Below, piece by piece: positions 23,019-35,700 of a DNA stretch of 64,000 nucleotides. Origin of the DNA: Auanema rhodensis (taxonomy: Eukaryota > Animalia > Nematoda). Every line of letters starts with the position of its first letter. The stretch's first letter is position 1. The position numbers and the translations under genes were made by a program. The stretch lies in assembly GCA_964057225.1 (NCBI GenBank), contig OZ059895.1, positions 10,168,001 through 10,232,000 on the forward strand. The letters are read 5' to 3'. The notes under the pieces were generated by a model. The model ran no database searches and was not told the origin of the DNA. It saw nothing but the letters and a program-made list of their open reading frames with translations.

Positions 23019-25482
23019 GTTTATTTTTAGCCCTAGAAATACGTGCAAGATCTCATGCAACTTAAAATTAACTGTTTAATAATATAAATTAAGTTTTGTG
23101 AGCATATATCCATAGCAATCATGTTTTGCGGCGGGTTCAACTTGCTATTTCGTTTGATTTTTATGAAAAATTAAATATTCTAAAAGTTTTATTTTTCGTC
23201 CTAGAAGTACGTGCTACATCTGATTCAACTAAGAATTAGTTGATTAAAAAGGTAAAACAAATTTTGTCAGCACAGAAACATATTAATCATATTTTCCGGC
23301 GGGCTCAAGTTGCTATTTTGTTCGATTTTTATGAAAAATTAAATATTTTGAAATGTTTATTTTTCGCCCTAGAAATACGTGCAACATCTTATTATCTAAG
23401 AAAATTTGAAAATTAAATGATTGAAAAAGTAAAACAGATTTTTGTTAGCACAGAAACATATTAATCATATTTTACGGCGGGCTCAAATTGCTATTTTGTT
23501 CGATTTTTATGAAAAATTGAAAATTTTAAAATGTTTATTTTTAGCCCTAGAAATACGTGCAACATCTTATTCAACTCAAAATCAACTGTTTGATAATATA
23601 AATTAGGTTTTGTGAGCATATATCCATAGCAATCATGTTTTGCGGCGGGTTCAACTTGCTATTTCGTTTGATTTTTATGAAAAATTAAATATTCTAAAAA
23701 TTTTATTTCTTGTCCTAGAAATACGTGCTACATCTCATTAAACTAAGAATTAGTTGATTGAGGAGGCAAAACAAATTTTGTTAGCACAGAACCATATTAA
23801 TCATATTTTCCGGCGGGCTCAAGTTGCTATTTTGTTCGATTTTCATGAAAAAATAAAAATTTTAAAATGTTTATTTTTAGCCCTAGAAATACGTGCAACA
23901 TCTTATTATCTAAGAAAATTTGGAAATTAAATAATTGAAAAAGTAAAACAGATTTTGTTAGCACAGAAACATATTAATCATATTTTAAGGCGGGCTCAAG
24001 TTGCTATTTTGTTCGATTTTCATGAAAAAAAAAAAAAAATTTTAAAATGTTTATTTTTAGCCCTAGAAATACGTGCAACATCTTACTCAACTCAAAATCA
24101 ACTGTTTGATAATATAAATTAGGTTTTGTGAGCATATATCCATAGCAATCATGTTTTGCGGCGGGTTCAACTTGCTATTTCGTTTGATTTTTATGAAAAA
24201 TTAAATATTCTAAAAATTTTATTTCTTGTCCTAGAAATACGTGCTACATCTCATTAAACTAAGAATTAGTTGATTGAGGAGGCAAAACAAATTTTGTTAG
24301 CACAGAACCATATCAATCATATTTTCCGGCGGGCTTAAGTTGCTATTTTATTCGATTTTCATGAAAAAATAAAAATTTTTAAATGTTTATTTTTCGCCCT
24401 AGAAATACGTGCAACATCTTATTATCTAAGAAAACTTGAAAATTAAATGATTGAAAAAGTAAACCAGATTTTGTTAGCACAGAAACATATTAATCATATT
24501 TTAAGGCGGGCTCAAGTTGCTATTTTGTTCGATTTTCATGAAAAAATAAAAATTTTAAAAAGTTTATTTTTAGCCCTAGAAATACGTGCAACATCTTACT
24601 CAACTCAAAATCAACTATTTGATAATATAAATTAGTTTTTGTGAGCATATATCCATAGTAATCATGTTTTGCGGCGGGTTCAACTTGCTATTTTGTTTGA
24701 TTTTTATGAAAAATTAAATATTCTAAAACTTTTATTTCTTGTCCTAGAAATACGTGCTACATCTCATTAAACTAAGAATTAGTTGATTGAAAAAGCAAAA
24801 CAAATTTTGTGAGCATATACCCATAGTAATCATGTTTTGCGGCGGGTTCAACTTGCTATTTCGTTTGATTTTTATGAAAAATTAAATATTCTAAAAATTT
24901 TATTTCTTGTCCTAGAAATACGTGCTACATCTCATTAAACTAAGAATTAGTTGATTGAAAAGGCAAAACAAATTTTGTTAGCACAGAACCATATTAATCA
25001 TATTTTACGGCGGGCTCAAGTTGCTATTTTGTTCGATTTTTATGAAAAATTGAAAATTTTAAAATGTTTATTTTTAGCCCTAGAAATACGTGCAACATCT
25101 TATTCAACTCAAAATCAACTGTTTGATAATATAAATTAGGTTTTGTAAGCATATATCCATAGTAATCATGTTTTGCGGCGGGTTCAACTTGCTATTTCGT
25201 TTGATTTTTATGAAAAATTAAATATTTTAAAAATTTTATTTCTTGTCCTAGAAATACGTGCTACATCTCATTAAACTAAGAATTAGTTGATTGAAAAGGC
25301 AAAACAAATTTTGTTAGCACAGAACCATATTAATCATATTTTCCGGCGGGCTTAAGTTGCTATTTTGTTCGATTTTCATGAAAAAATAAAAATTTTAAAA
25401 TGTTTATTTTTAGCCCTAGAAATACGTGCAACATCTTATTATCTAAGAAAATTTGAAAATTAAATGATTGAAAAAGTGAAAC
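23019..25482 (+). repeat. 168/177-bp satellite, inverted (forward) block 2
   Basis: Equivalent of 14650-17112, with the same junction sequences. Confidence 0.96.
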
Positions 25483-25486
25483 TTCA

Positions 25487-28400
25487 TTTATTTTTTCATG
25501 AAAATCGAACAAAATAGCAACTTGAGCCAGTGATTAATATGTTTCTGTGCTGACAAAATTTGTTTTACCTTTTTAATCAACTAATTCTTAGTTGAATCAG
25601 ATGTAGCACGTACTTCTAGGACGAAAAATAAAACTTTTAGAATATTTAATTTTTCATAAAAATCAAACGAAATAGCAAGTTGAACCCGCCGCAAAACATG
25701 ATTGCTATGGATATATGCTCACAAAACCTAATTTATATTATCAAACAGTTGATTTTGAGTTGAGTAAGATGTTGCACGTATTTCTAGGGCTAAAAATAAA
25801 CATTTTAAAATTTTTATTTTTTCATGAAAATCGAGCAAAATAGCAACTTGAGCCCGCCGGAAAATATGATTAATATGGTTCTGTGCTAACAAAATTTGTT
25901 TTGCCTTCTCAATCAACTAATTCTCAGTTTAATGAGATGTAGCACGTATTTCTAGGACAAGAAATAAAATTTTTAGAATATTTAATTTTTCATAAAAATC
26001 AAACGAAATAGCAAGTTGAACCCGCCGCAAAACATGATTGCTATGGATATATGCTCACAAAACCTAATTTATATTATCAAACAGTTGATTTTGGGTTGAG
26101 TAAGATGTTGCACGTATTTCTAGGGCTAAAAATAAACATTTTAAAATTTTTATTTTTTCATGAAAATCGAACAAAATAGCAACTTGAGCCCGCCTTAAAA
26201 TATGATTAATATGTTTCTGGGCTAACAAAATCTGTTTTACTTTTTCAATTATTTAATTTTCAAATTTTCTTAGATAATAAGATGTTGCACGTATTTCTAG
26301 GGCTAAAAATAAACATTTTAAAACTTTTATTTTTTCATGAAAATCGAACAAAATAGCAACTTGAGCCCGCCGGAAAATATGATTAATATGGTTCTGTGCT
26401 AACAAAATTTGTTTTGCCTCCTCAATCAACTAATTCTTAGTTTAATGAGATGTAGCACGTATTTCTAGGACAAGAAATAAAATTTTTAGAATATTTAATT
26501 TTTCATAAAAATCAAACGAAATAGCAAGTTGAACCCGCCGCAAAACATGATTGCTATGGATATATGCTCACAAAACCTAATTTATATTATCAAACAGTTG
26601 ATTTTGAGTTGAGTAAGATGTTGCACGTATTTCTAGGGCTAAAAATAAACATTTTAAAATTTTTATTTTTTCATGAAAATCGAACAAAATAGCAACTTGA
26701 GCCCGCCTTAAAATATGATTAATATGTTTCTGTGCTAACAAAATCTGTTTCACTTTCTCAATCAACTAATTCTTAGTTTATTGAGATGTAGCACGTATTT
26801 CTAGGACAAGAAATAAAATTTTTAAAATATTTAATTTTTCATAAAAATCAAACGAAATAGCAAGTTGAACCCGCCGCAAAACATGATTACTATGGATATA
26901 TGCTCACAAAACCTGATTTATATTATCAAACAGTTGATTTTGAGTTGAATAAGATGTTGCACGTATTTCTAGGGCTAAAAATAAACATTTTAAAATTTTT
27001 ATTTTTTCATGAAAATCGAACAAAATAGCAACTTGAGCCCGCCGTAAAATATAAAATATGATTAATATGTTTCTGGGCTAACAAAATCGGTTTTACTTTT
27101 TCAATTATTTAATTTTCAAATTTTCTTAGATAATAAGATGTTGCACGTATTTCTGAGGCTAAAAATAAACATTTTAAAATTTTTATTTTTTCATGAAAAT
27201 CGAACAAAATAGCAACTTTAGCCCGCCGGAAAATATGATTAATATGGTTCTGTGTTAACAAATTTGTTTTGCCTTTTCAATCAACTAATTCTTAGTTTAA
27301 TGAGATGTAGCACGTATTTCTAGGACAAGAAATAAAATTTTTAGAATATTTAATTTTTCATAAAAATCAAACGAAATAGCAAGTTGAAACCGCCGCAAAA
27401 CATGATTGCTATGGATATATGCTCACAAAACCTAATTTATATTATCAAACAGTTGATTTTGGGTTGAGTAAGATGTTGCACGTATTTCTAGGGCTAAAAA
27501 TAAACATTTTAAAATTTTTATTTTTTCATGAAAATCGAACAAAATAGCAACTTGAGCCCGCCTTAAAATATGATTAATATGTTTCTGGGCTAACAAAATC
27601 TGTTTTACTTTTTCAATTATTTAATTTTCAAATTTTCTTAGATAATAAGATGTTGCACGTATTTCTAGGGCTAAAAATAAACATTTTAAAACTTTTATTT
27701 TTTCATGAAAATCGAACAAAATAGCAACTTGAGCCCGCCGGAAAATATGATTAATATGGTTCTGTGCTAACAAAATTTGTTTTGCCTCCTCAATCAACTA
27801 ATTCTTAGTTTAATGAGATGTAGCACGTATTTCTAGGACAAGAAATAAAATTTTTAGAATATTTAATTTTTCATAAAAATCAAACGAAATAGCAAGTTGA
27901 ACCCGCTGCAAAACATGATTGCTATGGATATATGCTCACAAAACCTAATTTATATTATCAAACAGTTGATTTTGAGTTGAGTAAGATGTTGCACGTATTT
28001 CTAGGGCTAAAAATAAACATTTTAAAATTTTTATTTTTTCATGAAAATCGAACAAAATAGCAACTTGAGCCCGCCTTAAAATATGATTAATATGTTTCTG
28101 TGCTAACAAAATCTGTTTCACTTTCTCAATCAACTAATTCTTAGTTTATTGAGATGTAGCACGTATTTCTAGGACAAGAAATAAAATTTTTAAAATATTT
28201 AATTTTTCATAAAAATCAAACGAAATAGCAAGTTGAACCCGCTGCAAAACATGATTGCTATGGATATATGCTCACAAAACCTGATTTATATTATCAAACA
28301 GTTGATTTTGAGTTGAATAAGATGTTGCACGTATTTCTAGGGCTAAAAATAAACATTTTAAAATTTTTATTTTTTCATGAAAATCGAACAAAATAGCAAC

Positions 28401-29751
28401 TTGAGCCCGCCGTAAAATATAAAATATGATTAATATGTTTCTGGGCTAACAAAATCGGTTTTACTTTTTCAATTATTTAATTTTCAAATTTTCTTAGATA
28501 ATAAGATGTTGCACGTATTTCTGAGGCTAAAAATAAACATTTTAAAATTTTTATTTTTTCATGAAAATCGAACAAAATAGCAACTTTAGCCCGCCGGAAA
28601 ATATGATTAATATGGTTCTGTGTTAACAAATTTGTTTTGCCTTTTCAATCAACTAATTTTTAGTTTAATGAGATGTAGCACGTATTTCTAGGACAAGAAA
28701 TAAAATTTTTAGAATATTTAATTTTTCATAAAAATCAAACGAAATAGCAAGTTGAACCCGCCGCAAAACATGATTACTATGGATATATGCTCACAAAACC
28801 TAATTATTGTTATCAAACAGTTGATTTTGAGTTGAGTAAGATGTTGCACGTATTTCTAGGGCTAAAAATAAACATTTTAAAATTTTCAATTTTACATAAA
28901 AATCGAACAAAATAGCAACTTGAGCCCGCCGTAAAATATGATTAATATGTTTCTGTGCTAACAAAATCTGTTTCATTTTTTCAATCTTTTAATTTTCAAA
29001 TTTTCTTAGATAATATGATGTTGCACGTATTTCTAGGGCTAAAAATAAACATTTTAAAATTTTTATGTTTTCATGAAAATCGAACAAAATAGCAACTTGA
29101 GCCCGCCGGAAAATATGATTAATATGGTTCTGTGCTAACAAAATTTGTTTTGCCTTCTCAATCAACTAATTCTTAGTTTAATAAGATGTAGCACGTATTT
29201 CTAGGACAAGAAATAAAAAATTTAGAATATTTAATTTTTCATAAAAATCAAACGAAATAGCAAGTTGAAACCGCCGCAAAACATGATTACTATGGATATA
29301 TGCTCACAAAACCTAATTTATATTATCAAACAGTTGATTTTGAGTTGAGTAAGATGTTGCACGTATTTCTAGGGCTAAAAATAAACATTTTAAAATTTTT
29401 ATTTTTTCATGAAAATCGAACAAAATAGCAACTTGAGCCCGCCTTAAAATATGATTAATATGTTTCTGGGCTAACAAAATCGGTTTTACTTTTTCAATTA
29501 TTTAATTTTCAAATTTTCTTAGATAATAAGATGTTGCACGTATTTCTGAGGCTAAAAATAAACATTTTAAAATTTTTATTTTTTCATGAAAATCGAACAA
29601 AATAGCAACTTTAGCCCGCCGGAAAATATGATTAATATGGTTCTGTGTTAACAAATTTGTTTTGCCTTTTCAATCAACTAATTCTTAGTTTAATGAGATG
29701 TAGCACGTATTTCTAGGACAAGAAATAAAATTTTTAGAATATTTAATTTTT
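25487..29751 (-). repeat. 168/177-bp satellite, reverse orientation, with a 1368-bp (8-monomer) internal duplication
   Basis: Reverse boxes. GCCGTAAAATATAAAATATG occurs at 27041 and 28409, and the ORF offset 26577 to 27945 is 1368. Confidence 0.95.
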
Positions 29752-32700
29752 AATAATATAAATTAGGTTTTGTGAGCATATATCCATAGTAATCATGTTT
29801 TGCGGCGGGTTCAACTTGCTATTTCGTTTGATTTTTATGAAAAATTAAATATTCTAAGACTTTTATTTCTTGTCCTAGAAATACGTGCTACATCTCATTA
29901 AACTAAGAATTAGTTGATTGAGAAGGCAAAACAAATTTTGTTAGCACAGAACCATATTAATCATATTTTCCGGCGGGCTCAAGTTGCTATTTTGTTCGAT
30001 TTTCATGAAAAAATAAAAATTTTAAAATGTTTATTTTTAGCCCTAGAAATACGTGCAACATCTTATTATCTAAGAAAATTTGAAAGATAAATAATTGAAA
30101 AAGTAAAACAGATTTTGTTAGCACAGAAACATATTAATCATATTTTAAGGCGGGCTCAAGTTGCTATTTTGTTCGATTTTCATGAAAAAATAAAAATTTT
30201 AAAATGTTTATTTTTAGCCCTAGAAATACGTGCAACATCTTACTCAACTCAAAATCAACTGTTTGATAATATAAATTAGGTTTTGTGAGCATATATCCAT
30301 AGCAATCATGTTTTGCGGCGGGTTCAACTTGCTATTTCGTTTGATTTTTATGAAAAATTAAATATTCTAAAAATTTTATTTCTTGTCCTAGAAATACGTG
30401 CTACATCTCATTAAACTAAGAATTAGTTGATTGAGAAGGCAAAACAAATTTTGTTAGCACAGAACCATATTAATCATATTTTCCGGCGGGCTCAAGTTGC
30501 TATTTTGCTCGATTTTCATGAAAAAATAAAAATTTTAAAATGTTTATTTTTAGCCCTAGAAATACGTGCAACATCTTATTATCTAAGAAAATTTGAAAAT
30601 TAAATAATTGAAAAAGTAAAACAGATTTTGTTAGCACAGAAACATATTAATCATATTTTAAGGCGGGCTCAAGTTGCTATTTTGTTCGATTTTCATGAAA
30701 AAATAAAAATTTTAAAATGTTTATTTTTAGCCCTAGAAATACGTGCAACATCTTACTCAACTGAAAATCAACTGTTTGATAATATAAATTAGGTTTGGTG
30801 AGCATATATCCATAGCAATCATGTTTTGCGGCGGGTTCAACTTGCTATTTCGTTTGATTTTTATGAAAAATTAAATATTCTAAAAATTTTATTTCTTGTC
30901 CTAGAAATACGTGCTACATCTCATTAAACTAAGAATTAGTTGATTGAGAAGGCAAAACAAATTTTGTTAGCACAGAAACATATTGATCATATTTTAAGGC
31001 GGGCTCAAGTTGCTATTTTGTTCGATTTTCATGAAAAAATAAAAGTTTTAAAATGTTTATTTTTAGCCCTAGAAATACGTGCAACATCTTATTATCTAAG
31101 AAAACTTGAAAATTAAATGATTGAAGAAGTAAAACAGATTTTGTTAGCACAGAAACATATTAATCATATTTTAAGGCGGGCTCAAGTTGCTATTTTGTTC
31201 GATTTTCATGAAAAAATAAAAATTTTAAAATGTTTATTTTTAGCCCTAGAAATACGTGCAACATCTTACTCAACTCAAAATCAACTGTTTGATAACAATA
31301 ATTAGGTTTTGTGAGCATATATCCATAGTAATCATGTTTTGCGGCGGGTTCAACTTGCTATTTCGTTTGATTTTTATGAAAAATTAAATATTCTAAAAAC
31401 TTTATTTCTTGTCCTAGAAATACGTGCTACATCTCATTAAACTAAGAATTAGTTGATTGAAAAGGCAAAACAAATTTTGTTAGCACAGAACCATATTAAT
31501 CATATTTTCCGGCGGGCTCAAGTTGCTATTTTGTTCGATTTTCATGAAAAAATAAAAATTTTAAAATGTTTATTTTTAGCCCTAGAAATACGTGCAACAT
31601 CTTACTCAACTCAAAATCAACTGTTTGATAACAATAATTAGGTTTTGTGAGCATATATCCATAGTAATCATGTTTTGCGGCGGGTTCAACTTGCTATTTC
31701 GTTTGATTTTTATGAAAAATTAAATATTCTAAAAATTTTATTTCTTGTCCTAGAAATACGTGCTACATCTCATTAAACTAAGAATTAGTTGATTGAAAAG
31801 GCAAAACAAATTTTGTTAGCACAGAACCATATTAATCATATTTTCCGGCGGGCTCAAGTTGCTATTTTGTTCGATTTTCATGAAAAAATAAAAATTTTAA
31901 AATGTTTATTTTTAGCCCTAGAAATACGTGCAACATCTTATTATCTAAGAAAATTTGAAAGATAAATAATTGAAAAAGTAAAACAGATTTTGTTAGCACA
32001 GAAACATATTAATCATATTTTAAGGCGGGCTCAAGTTGCTATTTTGTTCGATTTTCATGAAAAAATAAAAATTTTAAAATGTTTATTTTTAGCCCTAGAA
32101 ATACGTGCAACATCTTACTCAACTCAAAATCAACTGTTTGATAATATAAATTAGGTTTTGTGAGCATATATCCATAGCAATCATGTTTTGCGGCGGGTTC
32201 AACTTGCTATTTCGTTTGATTTTTATGAAAAATTAAATATTCTAAAAATTTTATTTCTTGTCCTAGAAATACGTGCTACATCTCATTAAACTAAGAATTA
32301 GTTGATTGAGAAGGCAAAACAAATTTTGTTAGCACAGAACCATATTAATCATATTTTCCGGCGGGCTCAAGTTGCTATTTTGCTCGATTTTCATGAAAAA
32401 ATAAAAATTTTAAAATGTTTATTTTTAGCCCTAGAAATACGTGCAACATCTTATTATCTAAGAAAATTTGAAAATTAAATAATTGAAAAAGTAAAACAGA
32501 TTTTGTTAGCACAGAAACATATTAATCATATTTTAAGGCGGGCTCAAGTTGCTATTTTGTTCGATTTTCATGAAAAAATAAAAATTTTAAAATGTTTATT
32601 TTTAGCCCTAGAAATACGTGCAACATCTTACTCAACTCAAAATCAACTGTTTGATAATATAAATTAGGTTTGGTGAGCATATATCCATAGCAATCATGTT

Positions 32701-35700
32701 TTGCGGCGGGTTCAACTTGCTATTTCGTTTGATTTTTATGAAAAATTAAATATTCTAAAAATTTTATTTCTTGTCCTAGAAATACGTGCTACATCTCATT
32801 AAACTAAGAATTAGTTGATTGAGAAGGCAAAACAAATTTTGTTAGCACAGAACCATATTAATCATATTTTCCGGCGGGCTTAAGTTGCTATTTTGTTCGA
32901 TTTTCATGAAAAAATAAAAGTTTTAAAATGTTTATTTTTAGCCCTAGAAATACGTGCAACATCTTATTATCTAAGAAAACTTGAAAATTAAATGATTGAA
33001 AAAGTAAAACAGATTTTGTTAGCACAGAAACATATTAATCATATTTTAAGGCGGGCTCAAGTTGCTATTTTGTTCGATTTTCATGAAAAAATAAAAATTT
33101 TAAAATGTTTATTTTTAGCCCTAGAAATACGTGCAACATCTTACTCAACTCAAAATCAACTGTTTGATAACAATAATTAGGTTTTGTGAGCATATATCCA
33201 TAGTAATCATGTTTTGCGGCGGGTTCAACTTGCTATTTCGTTTGATTTTTATGAAAAATTAAATATTCTAAAAATTTTATTTCTTGTCCTACAAATACGT
33301 GCTACATCTCATTAAACTAAGAATTAGTTGATTGAAAAGGCAAAACAAATTTTGTTAGCACAGAACCATATTAATCATATTTTCCGGCGGGCTCAAGTTG
33401 CTATTTTGTTCGATTTTCATGAAAAAATAAAAATTTTAAAATGTTTATTTTTAGCCCTAGAAATACGTGCAACATCTTACTCAACTCAAAATTAACTGTT
33501 TGATAATATTAATTAGGTTTTGTGAGCATATATCCATAGTAATCATGTTTTGCGGCGGGTTCAACTTGCTATTTCGTTTGATTTTTATGAAAAATTAAAT
33601 ATTCTAAGACTTTTATTTCTTGTCCTAGAAATACGTGCTACATCTCATTAAACTAAGAATTAGTTGATTGAAGAGGCAAAACAAATTTTGTTAGCACAGA
33701 ACCATATTAATCATATTTTCCGGCGGGCTCAAGTTGCAATTTTGTTCGATTTTCATGAAAAAATAAAAATTTTAAAATGTTTATTTTTAGCCCTAGAAAT
33801 ACGTGCAACATCTTATTATCTAAGAAAATTTGAAAATTAAATAATTGAAAAAGTAAAACAGATTTTGTTAGCACAGAAACATATTAATCATATTTTAAGG
33901 CGGGCTCAAGTTGCTATTTTGTTCGATTTTCATGAAAAAATAAAAATTTTAAAATGTTTATTTTTAGCCCTAGAAATACGTGCAACATCTTACTCAACTC
34001 AAAATCAACTATTTGATAATATAAATTAGGTTTTGTGAGCATATATCCATAGTAATCATGTTTTGCAGCGGGTTCAACTTGCTATTTCGTTTGATTTTTA
34101 TGAAAAATTAAATATTCTTAATTTTTTATTTCTTGTCCTAGAAATACGTGCTACATCTCATTAAACTAAGAATTAGTTGATTGAAAAGGCAAAACAAATT
34201 TGTTAACACAGAACCATATTAATCATATTTTCCGGCGGGCTCAAGTTGCTATTTTGTTCGATTTTCATGAAAAAATAAAAATTTTAAAATGTTTATTTTT
34301 AGCCTCAGAAATACGTGCAACATCTTACTCAACTCAAAATCAACTGTTTGATAATATAAATTAGATTTTGTGAGCATATATCCATAGTGATCATGTTTTG
34401 CGGCGGGTTCAACTTGCTATTTCGTTTGATTTTTATGAAAAATAAAATATTCTAAAAATTTTATTTCTTGTCCTAGAAATACGTGCTACATCTCTTTAAA
34501 CTAAGAACTAGTTGATTGAGAAGGCAAAACAAATTTTGTTAGCACAGAACCATATTAATCATATTTTCCGGCGGGCTTAAGTTGCTATTTTGTTCAATTT
34601 TCATGAAAAAATAAAAATTTTTAAATGTTTATTTTTCGCCCTAGAAATACGTGCAACATCTTATTATCTAAGAAAACTTGAAAATTAAATGATTGAAAAA
34701 GTAAAACAGATTTTGTTAGCACAGAAACATATTAATCATATTTTAAGGCGGGCTCAAGTTGCTATTTTGTTCGATTTTCATGAAAAAATAAAAATTTTAA
34801 AATGTTTATTTTTAGCCCTAGAAATACGTGCAACATCTTACTCAACTCAAAATCAACTGTTTGATAATATAAATTAGGTTTTGTGAGCATATATCCATAG
34901 TAATCATGTTTTGCGGCGGGTTCAACTTGCTATTTCGTTTGATTTTTATGAAAAATTAAATATTCTTAATTTTTTATTTCTTGTCCTAGAAATACGTGCT
35001 ACATCTCATTAAACTAAGAATTAGTTGATTGAAAAGGCAAAACAAATTTGTTAACACAGAACCATATTAATCATATTTTCCGGCGGGCTAAAGTTGCTAT
35101 TTTGTTCGATTTTCATGAAAAAATGAAAATTTTAAAATGTTTATTTTTAGCCTCAGAAATACGTGCAACATCTTATTATCTAAGAAAATTTGAAAATTAA
35201 ATAATTGAAAAAGTAAAACCGATTTTGTTAGCCCAGAAACATATTAATCATATTTTCCGGCGGGCTCAAGTTGCTATTTTGCTCGATTTTCATGAAAAAA
35301 TAAAAATTTTAAAATGTTTATTTTTAGCTCTAGAAATACGTGCAACATCTTACTCAACTCAAAATCAACTGTTTGATAATATAAATTAGATTTTGTGAGC
35401 ATATATCCATAGTAAACATGTTTTGCGGCGGGTTCAACTTGCTATTTCGTTTGATTTTTATGAAAAATTAAATATTCTAAAAATTTAATTTCTTGTCCTA
35501 GAAATACGTGCTACATCTCTTTAAACTAAGAATTAGTTGATTGAGAAGGCAAAACAAATTTTGTTAGCACAGAACCATATTAATCATATTTTCCGGCGGG
35601 CTTAAGTTGCTATTTTGTTCGATTTTCATGAAAAAATAAAAGTTTTAAAATGTTTATTTTTAGCCCTAGAAATACGTGCAACATCTTATTATCTAAGAAA

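Larger units (their letters stand above)
18719..27052. repeat. 8.37-kb tandem segmental duplication, copy 2
   Basis: Matches 10350-18682. Identity ends at GCCGTAAAATAT (18682 vs 27052). Confidence 0.95.

Noticed and set aside
29818-29840. CENP-B box (TTCGnnnnAnnCGGG) in B monomers
   Set aside because: TTCGTTTGA matches the first half only. The required CGGG is not two bases downstream; the monomer's CGGG lies upstream.
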